A stretch of DNA of 64,000 nucleotides, taken from the NCBI GenBank assembly GCA_025594325.1, contig JANHCV010000016.1:434001-498000 (forward strand), written 5' to 3'. Made by a program: the position numbers and the translations under genes. The notes beneath the pieces are model-generated. The model did no database searches, was not told the DNA's origin, and saw only the letters and a program-made list of their open reading frames with translations. This DNA is from Blastocladiella emersonii ATCC 22665. Its lineage: Eukaryota > Fungi > Blastocladiomycota. The first letter of the stretch is position 1. The number at the start of each line of letters is the position of its first letter. Below, piece after piece: positions 47,335-58,190 of this stretch.

Positions 47335-49417
47335 ATGTCCGCCGGCCCGCCCACCAACCTCGACACCGCACCGGCGGTGCCTGCGCCGCCCGACTCGGCC
47401 CAGGTCCCCGTCGACGACATGCACCGGCTTCCCGCTGCGGACTTTGGCCTATACGACTTCGCCGGCCACGACTCGGTCATCTTCCAGAACACGGGCCTGT
47501 TCGACGTCCAGCTCGCCTCGCTCGTCCGCCCCCTCGAGGACACCACGTACCTGCACCTACTGGAGCGCATGTTCGAGCCCAACGCAGGCTACTCGCACGA
47601 GACGGACGAGCGCGTCGCGACGCCCGAGGCGCTGCTCGCGCGCGCCTCCGAGTCGTTCGATCTCGCCGCAGACGAGCAGCGCCGCGCGCGTCCTGGCTAC
47701 CTGTCGCGCCTCACCTCGTTCGCCCTGCTCGCGTGCAAGAAGCGAGTCTACGACGCAGCCCGCCCGCTGTGGCTCTCGGTCATGGGCCCCGAGGCCCCTC
47801 TCTGTACGCTCGCTCGTCCTTGCCGCCGCGCCGTGGCGCACCGCCCCCGTCACCTCCGCGGCCAGCACGCTGACCCGTCCCCGCACGTGCCCAAACAATC
47901 ATGTAGTCGCCAGCAAGGACTCGCGCCCTGTGCCGATCCAGAACGGCGCTCCTGTCGCCGCCGCCGCCGCCGCCACCGCGGCCGAGGCGCGGACCGAGGC
48001 CGTGTGGACCTTCAGCAACACGCACATGCACGCCTGCTTCGCGGCCACGAACGCGCAGCTCGACCGCATCATCGCCACCCTCCCGCCCGTCACCGACTTG
48101 CGCGCCACGGTCACGCTCGCCACCCGCGCCCCGCCCGGCCCTACTGCGCGGTACGCGTACTTCAGCCCGCGCCAGCCGCACCACACGTCGATGGCGCGGG
48201 CCATGCCCGGCGCAGCCACCGGCAACGTCACCATGCCCGTCGTCGTGGGCGACGTCGTCCCCGTCAACGGCGTGTACTACTGGTCGTACCTCGTCGTGCC
48301 CCATGGCGTGGTCCCTGGCCAGCACCTCGCCGACGTTCTCGCCAGCACTGGCGTCGCCGCCGCCGCCCGCGTCGACATCCACAACACCGGTATCCCCGCG
48401 CAGGCCCGCCTCGTCCTACTCGAGGATCGCCCCGACCTCAACCTAGCCTCGTGGACGCCGCCCAACTTGGCGGCCCCGGTGACCGTCGTCGCCGAATCCG
48501 AGCGGTCGTACGTGGGCTACGGGCTCGACGCCGAGATCGAGGGCCTGCGTCGGTGCGTGTCGTCGTCTTGAGTAACCGCGTCTGCCGCCCACTGACCTTT
48601 CCGCTCCCGCACCACCTCCAGGCTCGCGTGGCCCGTGGCCGTCCTGCTCAAGTACAACCCGATCGCCGAGAACACGGACGTGACCATCGAGCCCCGCGAC
48701 AAGCTCGCCGCCGCCGCAGGAGATGAGGAGGAGGAGCAGAAGACTGGGACCGCGGGCGGCGACAAAATGGATGTCGACCCGACCGCGCCGCGGCAGCGCA
48801 CCAGCATCGAAAAGGAGACCGGCGCGGCCGAGATCGACGCCAAGGACGCGGCGTACCTTCTTCGGCTCGGCACCCGCACCGCGGCGGACTACCTCGTCTC
48901 GTCGCGGCGCGGCAAGGCCAAGGCCAAGGACCGCGGCACCAGTTCGTCGGCACCGTCGTCGACGGCGGCCTCGGGCCGCGCACCACCCGCCGCATCGGCG
49001 TCCAACCCGCAAGCACGCGCCGCCGCCGGTCGTAACCCGAGCGGCAAGCGGGACCAGTTCTACAAGCGCCGGCAAGCGCTCGTCAAGGAGTCCGTGACGT
49101 GCGCCGAGGAGATCGCCAAGGGCAACCGCCCCCGCACCACGCCGCGCATCGAGAACCACCTGCTGCTCAACGAGATGCGCGACAATGGCGACCCGTCCTA
49201 CGCGCTCGTGTACAAGTCCAACAACAAGTACTACCTGTACGCCGCGCCCGGGCGCCCGCGTGGGGCCATGGACCAGTGGGTCCGCAAGACGGTGCGCACG
49301 CAGACCGCGTACGAGCTCGAGCTCAAGCACAACAACTTTCCGACCTTCGAGGTGCTGACCAAGGCGCTCAAGGGCGCGCCGTTCCTCGACATGGAGCTCA
49401 TCTTCGGCCTGTGCTGA
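47335..49417 (+). CDS. Hypothetical 636-aa protein, 3 exons, with C-terminal MADS-box-like segment
   Basis: Introns 47804-47906 and 48553-48621 join three ORF pieces in frame (1911 nt). NPSGKRDQFYKRRQALVK and YALVYKSNNKYYLYA resemble the MADS helix and beta-hairpin. Confidence 0.6.
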
Positions 49418-50562
49418 GCAAAGTTCAGGGAGTTGCCTCTCTTGTGAGGGCGGACGGACGGACGGAATGACGGCGCGCCGCTAGGGCTAGAGCGCGGCCG
49501 CTGAGCATGACGGGCTTGAGGGAGCCGGAAGATGCGTGGAGGGAAACGATTTCTGGCGGAATAATACAACCGTAGCCAGCTTATCTCGGCGCTGGGCGGC
49601 AGAGTAACGACGAAGTTTGGGTTAGAGGTGAGCACAACGACTTAAGGCGAGACGTGTCACGAACATGGCCATCAGAGCCGCGATCAGCGACTCACACTTT
49701 CAGGGCTTGGGACTCCGGAGCAACTCAACCGCACGCACTCGAACAAGCGGGAGAAACTCGATGCACAAAAGCTCACCTCTGGCTGTAAACCCGCTCCAGT
49801 GCAACGGCTACGACCGCGCCGTCAACGGCCATGGCCGCGGAACCACAGTTCGCATGCTAGCGCGAGTGAAGATGCTTCCATCGCGACTAGTCAGGCCTTC
49901 TCCGCGAGCTAGTGCGCGTTTTCCCCTGCCGTTTGACAAGCACCAAGCAGTCCTGGTCAGTGGCAGGGACATGAAAACGCGCACCAGACCACCGGCAGGG
50001 ACACGAACGCTTCGGCCGAATGCACCGCGTGCAATCGAGATCGACGCCCCTTTTCGCAAGGTCTCTAATTGGCGATCGCTGCGGTTCGGCGCACCAGGTC
50101 TGGTGTTCAGAGCTCGAGCGGATGTAACGTTTCAGCCGGGTCGACGCGTGTGGACCCGTGGCGCATCGCGAACCTGGTACAGGCTTTGGTTGCGGCGCAG
50201 CGTTGCAGTCCACAGCCGCGCCGCGTTTAGCCGGGTGGCGTGACGTGGACGTACGAGCCTCGTCGACGCACCCGTGCCTACCGTACCTCGGGGAGCACAC
50301 GCGAGGGTAACTGATCTCCCCGAGCAGTGTCCATGCTGATCCACCCGGTGGACAGTGTTGAGCGCTCGGCATGATTCGTCTGAGCAAGTGCTGAGTCCTG
50401 GCCGTGCGACAATAGCAGGACGCGACGCGTTTCAAGGCGGATGGGGTGGGTGTGGCTGCTGCTGCGCCACCAAGCATTGCAGCCGCAGCCTCCCATGAGC
50501 CATGAGCCACACCATCGGCGCTTCCCTCGTGAGGTTTTCCCGGCGTGGGTGACGCAGGAAAA

Positions 50563-50572
50563 GTATATAACC
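50563..50572 (+). promoter_or_regulatory. TATA-like box upstream of fusion B
   Basis: AGTATATAAC about 120 bp before ATG 50690, in otherwise GC-rich DNA. A similar GTATATAACC lies about 200 bp upstream of SPT2. Confidence 0.45.
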
Positions 50573-50689
50573 ACGTCGCGCCCGCCACTAATCCAATCTA
50601 CTCATCAAACCTTCCATTGCTGGCTGGCCCAGCTCTTCTCTCCTCCCCCACACCCGCTCCGCCCATCTACTCCCACAGCCATCTCGACG

Positions 50690-52399
50690 ATGGCCAACAT
50701 CGTGACTCTCGACAAACTGCTCAAGTCGCCGCCCGCGTCGGCGCCGGCACCGTCACCAGCGCCGCGCATGGAGCGCCGAAAGTCGGTGGTCTCGTCAACG
50801 TCAGTCGTGAGCTACTGGGGCGAGCAGCGCACCATCCTGATGCTGTGCGGGCTCCTGCTGTGCTCGGTGCTCGTCAACGTCTTCTTCTCGTCGACCATCC
50901 AGCCCGCCACCTTCGCGCTCAACAACGCCTGGAGCAAGCGCCCGAACCTCGTGTGCGACATGGACGCTATCAGCAAGTCGCACCTGCCGACGGGCAAGCA
51001 GTACGTTTCTCTCGCAGGAAGTGATGGCCGCAATGATCATGGACTCACCTCGCGCACTCGCACGTCTCACAGCCACATGGTCGACCTGTACGGCGTGCCC
51101 GTCGAGAACGTGCGGTTCCTCGAGGAGTCCAAGATGCTGACCGAGGTGGCGTCGTACATTGCCAAGGCCGGGCTCACGCTGCTCGACTACTCGGCCTACC
51201 ACTTCGACTGCGGAGGCATCACGGCCGTGTTCCTGCTGTCCGAGTCGCACGTGTCGTTCCACTCGTGGCCCGAGCATGGGTTCGTCGCCCTCGACGTTTA
51301 CACGTGCGGCAAGGGCCGCCCCGAGCACATTGTCGACAAGTTCAAGGCGCTGCTGCAGCCGGCGGCCGTCCGCCACACGTTCCTCGAGCGCGGCGCCGAC
51401 CGCCACCTCGCCATGACCACTAACTCGGGCAACTTTGGCGGCATCGCCGCGAACGAGACCGAGTCGGCGGCGCCCATCGTGCGCCCGGTTGTCGCGTCCC
51501 CGCCGGCCAGCGCCGCCGAGGCCGCTCCCGTTCCCAGCAAGGCCGACGAGGTGGTGCAGCTCGCTCCCGGCCGCGTGTTCCCCGACGTGGCGCCGGTGGC
51601 GGCGACCGAGATCATGACCAAGAAGCTGATGGGCCCGTCGGCGCCCATGGACCTGTGCGTCAACGGCGACGGGCCCGAGGACGACTGCCTCCTGCTGCGC
51701 AACGCGGTGGTGCACGCGGACGTGCAGACGCCGTACCAGCGCATCGAGATTGTCGATACGCAGACGCTGGGCCGGTGCATGCTGCTGGACCGCGTGGTGC
51801 AGTTCTGCGAGGAGGACAACCACATCTACACGTCGCAGATCACGGACCGCGCCATGGCGACGCTCCCCGCGGACGACGGCCGCAAGCTCAACGTGACGAT
51901 CATCGGCGGCGGCGACGGGTGGGTGGCGTCGTACCTGCTGGACGCGTACGCGGACCGCATTGAGTCGATCCGGATCGTCGACATTGACGAGCAGGTGGCC
52001 AAGCTGACGCGCACCTTCTTCGACCCCGAGGGCGCAGCGTGGTCGTTCACGGACCCGCGCGTGCACTGGACATTCGTCGACGCCAACGTGTGGCTGGCCG
52101 ACCTGCCCGCGGGCGTCGCGCCCGGGTCCATGGACCTCGTCATCATCGACTGCACCGACCACACGGCCGAAGCCTCGAAGGTCCTGTACACGCGCGACTT
52201 TTACGCGAACGTGCGGCGGCTGATGCGCGCCGGCGCGGCGCTCACGCAGCAGGTCAACACGGTCGACCCCGACTACGCGCCCTTCTTCGACACGGTGCGC
52301 GCGCAGTGGGCCGACGCCGGGCTCAACGGGCTCTCCGAGTGGACCGCGTACATGCAGTCGTTCTCGGGCATGTCGCTCTTCTGGCTGGCGCACGCGTAA
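50690..52399 (+). CDS. Fusion B (545 aa): N-terminal TM anchor, prokaryotic class 1B S-adenosylmethionine decarboxylase, aminopropyltransferase (spermidine synthase family)
   Basis: Intron 51001-51072 gives GKHHMVDLYG. AdoMetDC motifs LLSESHVSFHSWPEHGFVALDVYTCG. Aminopropyltransferase motifs TPYQRIEI, MLLD, IIGGGDG, VDID and DLVIIDCTD. TM segment ILMLCGLLLCSVLVNVFF. Confidence 0.92.
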   Translation: MANIVTLDKLLKSPPASAPAPSPAPRMERRKSVVSSTSVVSYWGEQRTILMLCGLLLCSVLVNVFFSSTIQPATFALNNAWSKRPNLVCDMDAISKSHLPTGKQYVSLAGSDGRNDHGLTSRTRTSHSHMVDLYGVPVENVRFLEESKMLTEVASYIAKAGLTLLDYSAYHFDCGGITAVFLLSESHVSFHSWPEHGFVALDVYTCGKGRPEHIVDKFKALLQPAAVRHTFLERGADRHLAMTTNSGNFGGIAANETESAAPIVRPVVASPPASAAEAAPVPSKADEVVQLAPGRVFPDVAPVAATEIMTKKLMGPSAPMDLCVNGDGPEDDCLLLRNAVVHADVQTPYQRIEIVDTQTLGRCMLLDRVVQFCEEDNHIYTSQITDRAMATLPADDGRKLNVTIIGGGDGWVASYLLDAYADRIESIRIVDIDEQVAKLTRTFFDPEGAAWSFTDPRVHWTFVDANVWLADLPAGVAPGSMDLVIIDCTDHTAEASKVLYTRDFYANVRRLMRAGAALTQQVNTVDPDYAPFFDTVRAQWADAGLNGLSEWTAYMQSFSGMSLFWLAHA

Positions 52400-52917
52400 G
52401 GGCTCCTGCCGCGATACCGACCGACGAGCTTCGCTGGCCGAGGCTGGTCCGCCCTGTAGATAGTCACACCATCTCAATATGATCATAGCGTTATCACATA
52501 GCTTGTTGCATGAAGTCTGTCCTCAGTCCCTGCCGACTTCCTCCATGGCTGCGAGGCAGGCTGCGAGAGCTGATACGACGCGATTCTCGATGACGCCACA
52601 CGCGGCGCCTCGGGCGCGACCCGAGCGGACGGATCTCCAGCACCAGGGGCCTCCGTCGCGAGCGACGCCGCGGATCGCGTCGGCGTGCAGCGGGTCGCGC
52701 GTTCGCGAGAGTCGCGGCGGTGAGTCGGGCCGGAGCGCGCGCGGCGTGATGGTGGCGGAGCAGGCCGGGTGCGAGACACTCGGCTGCCGGTCGGTCGGTG
52801 ATGGCCGCCGATTGGGCCGGGCACGAAGGCGAGGGGAGGGACGCCCGCCCGCGGAGCCGTCAACAAGTCCCTTCTCCCTCAGCAACAGCTCATACAACCG
52901 CCACTTCCACGTATCTC

Positions 52918-54474
52918 ATGATGATGTTGCGCACTGCACTCGCTGCCCGCGCGGGCCACCACGCCGCGCGGCGGTCCGTGATCCGCGGATTCGCGGCCTC
53001 GGCCACTCGCGCCGATGCTGCGACGAAGGACGCTGCTGCTCCGGCCGCCGAGTCCGCCGCCGAGACCAAGAACCCGTACAAGCTCGGCAAGCCGTTTGCG
53101 GCAGCGCTCGAGGCCGACACGGCGGGCGTGCCCGTCAAGGAGGGCCTGCCGACAGCCAACGGCAACGGCAACGGCAACGGCGCGCGCCGGTACTCTGTGC
53201 TGCCGCACCGGACCAACCTCACGTCGCGGCTGTGGCTCGACCGCTTCGACCGCAACAACAGCGAGTACAAGCGCCTGATCGAGGACCGCATCGCCGCGGC
53301 CGAGGGCGGGCACGGCGCCGCCATCAACCCGCTCGCCGTCGACCCCGCCACCCTCGCCAAGCCGCGCAAGCTCGTCCTCAAGACCATGAAGGACTCGTAC
53401 GTCGAGGAGCTGCTCCCCTTCCAGACCAACCCGCACGTCCGCGAGGAGTACGTCAGCTTCTACGGCGGCATCCGCATCGCCAAGCTGCTCGAGGACCTCG
53501 ACGCCATGTCCGGCAGCATCTCGTACACGCACTGCGACGACAACACCCCCGAGACCCCGCCCCTAACCATCGTCACCGCCTCCATCGACCGCATCGACCT
53601 GCTCAAGCGGCCCTCGCTCAACCAGGACATCAAGGTCGCCGGCTTCGTCTCGTTTGTCGGCCACTCGTCCATGGAGATCACCATCAACGTGGAATCCGTC
53701 GACTCCAAGGGCAACCTCGAGGACCCGATCCTGCGCGCCAAGTTCACCATGGTCGCCCGCGACCCCATCACCAACAAGGCCGTCCAGGTCAACCCGCTCG
53801 TCCTGCAGAACGACGCCGAGCGCCGCCTCTTCGCCATGGGCGCCGAGCTCAAGGCGCGCAAGAAGCTCGCCGCCGCGCAGTCGCTCAGCAAGCTGCCGCC
53901 CACCTCGGACGAGCGCCTGCTCATCCACGAGCTGTGGCTGCAGTCCAAAAAGTACGGCGAGCACAAGCTGCCGCCCGGCTTCACCTGGATGTCCGACACC
54001 AAGTGCCAGTCGGTCCACATCACCCAGCCGCAGGACCGCAACATCCACAACTTCATTTTCGGCGGCCACCTTCTGCGCCAGGCCTTCGAGATGGCCTACA
54101 CGACCGCCTCGCTCTTCTGCCGCGGCCACCCGATCTTCCTCGCCATGGACGACATCTGGTTCCGCAAGCCCGTGCCCATCGGCTCGATCCTCCACTTCAA
54201 CTCGCACATTGTCTACTCGCGCGCCCCCGCCGGCGGCAGCTTCCAGGTCATGGTCACGGCCGACGTCGTCGACCACGCCACGGGCGCCCGCGACACTACC
54301 AACGTGTTCCACTTCACCTTTGGTCTCGACGAGTCCACCACCAAGTCGCCGCTGCCCCAGGTCCTCCCGCGCACCTACGAGGACTCGATGAACTACCTCG
54401 ACGGCAAGCGCCGCCTCGAGACCGGCCTCGAGATGGCCAAGGAGAACAAGTCGTCGCTCCTCTCACTGTGGTGA
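52918..54474 (+). CDS. Mitochondrial acyl-CoA thioesterase (ACOT9-like, double hotdog fold)
   Basis: Arg-rich presequence. Motifs GGIRIAKLLEDLD, IVTASIDRI, FVGHSSMEI, PQDRNIHNFIFGGHLLRQAFE and FRKPVPIGSIL. Confidence 0.88.
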   Translation: MMMLRTALAARAGHHAARRSVIRGFAASATRADAATKDAAAPAAESAAETKNPYKLGKPFAAALEADTAGVPVKEGLPTANGNGNGNGARRYSVLPHRTNLTSRLWLDRFDRNNSEYKRLIEDRIAAAEGGHGAAINPLAVDPATLAKPRKLVLKTMKDSYVEELLPFQTNPHVREEYVSFYGGIRIAKLLEDLDAMSGSISYTHCDDNTPETPPLTIVTASIDRIDLLKRPSLNQDIKVAGFVSFVGHSSMEITINVESVDSKGNLEDPILRAKFTMVARDPITNKAVQVNPLVLQNDAERRLFAMGAELKARKKLAAAQSLSKLPPTSDERLLIHELWLQSKKYGEHKLPPGFTWMSDTKCQSVHITQPQDRNIHNFIFGGHLLRQAFEMAYTTASLFCRGHPIFLAMDDIWFRKPVPIGSILHFNSHIVYSRAPAGGSFQVMVTADVVDHATGARDTTNVFHFTFGLDESTTKSPLPQVLPRTYEDSMNYLDGKRRLETGLEMAKENKSSLLSLW

Positions 54475-54577
54475 GCTCTGCTGGTGACGTCCGTCGACTC
54501 GGGAATTTATATCATTCATTAGCTTGGGAATCATCGAATAGTACACGCCATCAGCTAACAGTCAAGTCACACCTACT

Positions 54578-57500
54578 TCAGAACTGGTACCACTTTTTCT
54601 TCTCCTCCCGCTCGCGGATCGCCTTGGCCGTGGCCGCAAACGAGCTCGCGCCTTCGTTCAGCTGCGAAAACTTTTCCTCGAGCTGCTCGAGCTTCTCGCC
54701 GCGCTTGCGCAGCGCGTCCATGGCCTCGTTGACCGCGTGCCCCGCGCCCAACGCCGCCGCGTTCACGTTGCCGAACGCTTCGTCAAGCTGCCGGTCCACG
54801 TCGGGGCTCGCGGGCGACGCCTCGGGCGACGCGGCGCCGCTGCCGAAGCCGGGGAGGTACGACATGAGGCTGCCGAGCATCGACGTCGCGGGCGGCGCGG
54901 GACGCGGCGGGAGCGGGACCAGCGTTGGCCGGCGGTCCACGCCAGCTGGCGTCGCTGCGCCGGCTGCCAACTCGCCGCCGCCGAGATCAAACGACAGCGC
55001 CGGGTGCACGGCCCACGCGGTATCGCGGCGGCACGCCACGACGTGCATGCGGTTCTCGCCCTCGACGTGAACGAGGTGCGCGTCACCCGTGATGGCAAGC
55101 CGGTCCGGGTCGGGCGCGCCGCCGCCGCGCACCCCGTGCGACATGTCGGTCACCAGCTCGAGGTACGGGTACGTCAGCATCACGACCGCCGTGTCGGTGA
55201 CGACCATGAGCACCGGCAGGGGCTCCTCGGTGTCGCCGCCGCCCTTGGCCGCCCGCGCGGTCCGCGTCCGGTTCGGCCCGGGCGACGTCGCGTGGTCGCT
55301 GTGGTTGAGCAGCTGCGTCGTCACAATGTGCCCGTGCCGCTCCAGCGTCGGCTTCCACGAGTGCAGCTTGGCGAAGTCGTCGAGGTCCAGTACCCGGATC
55401 GAGTCGCGCGTCACGATCGCGACCGTTGGGTCCAGCGGGATCGGCGAGCCCGGGTCGGAAATGGGCCCCGTCCCGTTGGACCCGCTGAGCGGGATGCGGC
55501 CCATTGGCGGCGGGTGCTTGCCCTCGTCGTCGTCGTCGGCCTTGACCGAGGGCGACGAGACGTTGAGCCGGCGCGGGAGCGTCATGACCTGCTCCTCGGC
55601 CGCAACCGCGTCAGGGACGCACAGCACCTCGAGCACGGGCACGTCGCCCTTGTCGAGGAGGCACGTGCGCAGCGAGACCGTCTCGTCCTCGAGCTCGTAC
55701 ACGAAGACGTGGCCCGAGCACCCGACGAACAGCAGCAGCGTGCCGTCGAGACCGCGGTGCCACCGGAGCGCCGTGACCGCGAACCCGCCCCCGCCGCCGC
55801 CCCCGCCGTCCGTGTCGACGACCGTCGTGTGCGAGCGGTACCGCGACAGAAGCTTGCCGCCGGCGCGCTTGGCCGCCTCGGCCGCGAGGTCGGCCGCAAT
55901 CTCCTCGCACGCCGGCGCGAGGTCGATGCGCGTCACGTAGCTCTCGGTGCGCAGGTCGAACACGTCCACAGCGCCCGACGTCGACGCGATGGCGAGGGTC
56001 GCGTCGTACAGCGCGCCGCGCGCTGCCCGCGTCGGGCGCGGCGGCAGCATGATCTTGAACGGCAGGAACACGCGCTCCTCGAACGCGCGGAACTGGACCA
56101 TGGACAGCGCGAGCGGGATCCACGTCGGCCCGTCGGGAGTGGCCGAGGTCGGCGACGCCGTGGTGCTGGTATCACCGCCTGCACCGCTGCCGTCCTCGGA
56201 CTTACCCGTGGGCGACCGCGCGGGACTCGCGGGCGCCGAGTTGAAGAGCGACCCGCGGCGGTGGTCGGGCTTGGAGTCAAGCAGCGACCCGTCGGGCCCG
56301 AGGTCGTCAAGACTGCGCATGCGCACGCGGCGCTCGCGGCCGTCCTCGAAGGTGCCCGCGAGCATCGACTTGCGGCACAGCATCTCGACGACGAGCCCGT
56401 TGGCGCACCCGAGCACCATGCGCTGCTGCGCCCAGTCGACCTGCACCCACGCGAGCGACAGACCCGGGTGCCACTCGGCGAGCGCGGTCGGGTCGTCGAT
56501 GATCGAGGCCGGGAGGTGGTCGATGATGATGGATTTGATGAGCTCGAATGGGACAAACAATCCGGGGAGCACCGTCGGCGGCGAGCTCGTCAGGTCGAGG
56601 ACGTGCACGCCCGAATCGGTCAGCAGCGTCAGCAGCGCGTGCTCGGGCAGCCGCACGTCGGGCCCCGTCGGCGGGTCGACCGACCCGCTCGTCCGCGACC
56701 AGTCGAGCGGGAGCCCGCTGATGAGCCGTGAGCACTGCCGCTGCAGACCCATGATTTCGTTCATGGCGGGCGGCGCGACGCGGCTCTGCGCGAGCGAGTG
56801 CACGCGGCCCATGCTCGCGAGCGTCAGCGGCAGCGGAAGCCCGTACTGCCGCAGCTGCGGCGGCGACTGCGACACGTCGTACGCCATGCACACGCCGCGG
56901 TCCGAGATGGCGAGCACCGCGCGCGGGTTGAGCGGCTGCCACGGCGACGCCGAGAAGAGGAGAAAGTCGGATACGAGGCCGAACACGGGGCTGTGCCGGA
57001 TGACGTGCACGGCGGGTTTCGTGGTGACGGGCTTGGACCGCGGGAACTCGAGCCGCGTCAGCGCGTGGTCCGAGAGCCCGCCGCCGACGTACAGCGTCGC
57101 GCGCTCGACCTTGGCGGGCGGAGACTGCCCCGCCGGCGCGGGTGAAGCACGGGTCTCGAGCGCCCAAATGAGCTTGAACACGGGGCACGGCGAGTCGTTC
57201 GGGTCGGGATCGTCGACTGCGGCCACAGGGAACACGGCGCCGGCCGTGCCCGATGCGCTCGTCACGGACCACACGGCGACCCACCCGTTGTCGAACCCGA
57301 CGACGATTTGCCCGCCGTCCGGGTGCCAGCACCCGGTCGTGGCGTGCGTCGGGGACGTGAAGCTCGGCGTGAGCGTGGGCCAGTGAACGGGCGTCGGCCG
57401 CGCGACGGCCTTGCGCGCGACGAGGTCCCACACGACCACGCTGCCGTCGTAGTACACGATGAGGAGCTCGTTGGTCTGGAACGGGTGGACCTGAAGGGCG

Positions 57501-58190
57501 ACGACGGGGACCATGGGCAGCGCGGCCTGGCTCGAGATCAGGTACGTCGACATCCAGCGCTTGTCTATGGAGAAGACGGCGACGCGGCCGTTCTTGCACC
57601 CGAGGTACAGCCACGGCGAGCCAGGCGCCGCCTCCATGGTGAACACCTGGCCCTCGACCACGCGCGCGTGGTACACGCACTCGCCGACGGTCAGGTCGAA
57701 GATACAGAGTCGGTTGAGCGAGTCGACGACGGCGAGTTGCGCGGTGCCCGTCTGCAGCACCAGCAGCTTGGGCTCAGCGACCAGGCCCTCCATGGAGCTC
57801 TTCAGGATGCCCTTGGACGGAAGCGGCGCCGCGAGCGTCGCGGATGGCGCAGGGCGGGCATTGGTGGGTGTTGCGTCCGGGTGTGGTAGCGGGAGCGCGA
57901 GCTCGAGGCTGTCCTTGCCGAGGACGTTGATGATGCCTGCGCGGGTGCCGATGGCGAGGATGCCCAGCGCCGGATCGCACGCGGTGCACGTCAGCTCGCC
58001 CGAGAACCCGGACGTGGAGAGCTAGACGCGATCGCGGTCAGAATCGAGCCACGGCCACGATCAGAAGGGCCCGTACTTGTGTCACGGAGTAGGACGGGTG
58101 TGTCGAGAAGAACTCGGCCTGCTCCTCCTCCTCGTCGACGCGGTAGACCGAGTTGCTGATGACCTTGGTCAGTTTGCGGATGCCTTTCAT
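54578..58190 (-). CDS. Lgl/tomosyn/Sro7-family WD40 protein with C-terminal R-SNARE motif, 2 exons
   Basis: Intron 58022-58076 gives SGFSGELTCTACDPALGILAIGT. WD-like repeats follow. C-terminal DALRKRGEKLEQLEEKFSQL...F is an R-SNARE. Confidence 0.85.

Noticed and set aside
50441-50689. Regulatory uORF or N-terminal extension upstream of the AdoMetDC fusion
   Set aside because: The upstream ATG (MSHEPHH) is in frame but lies 5' of the TATA-like box. I saw no ATG between the TATA box and 50690.
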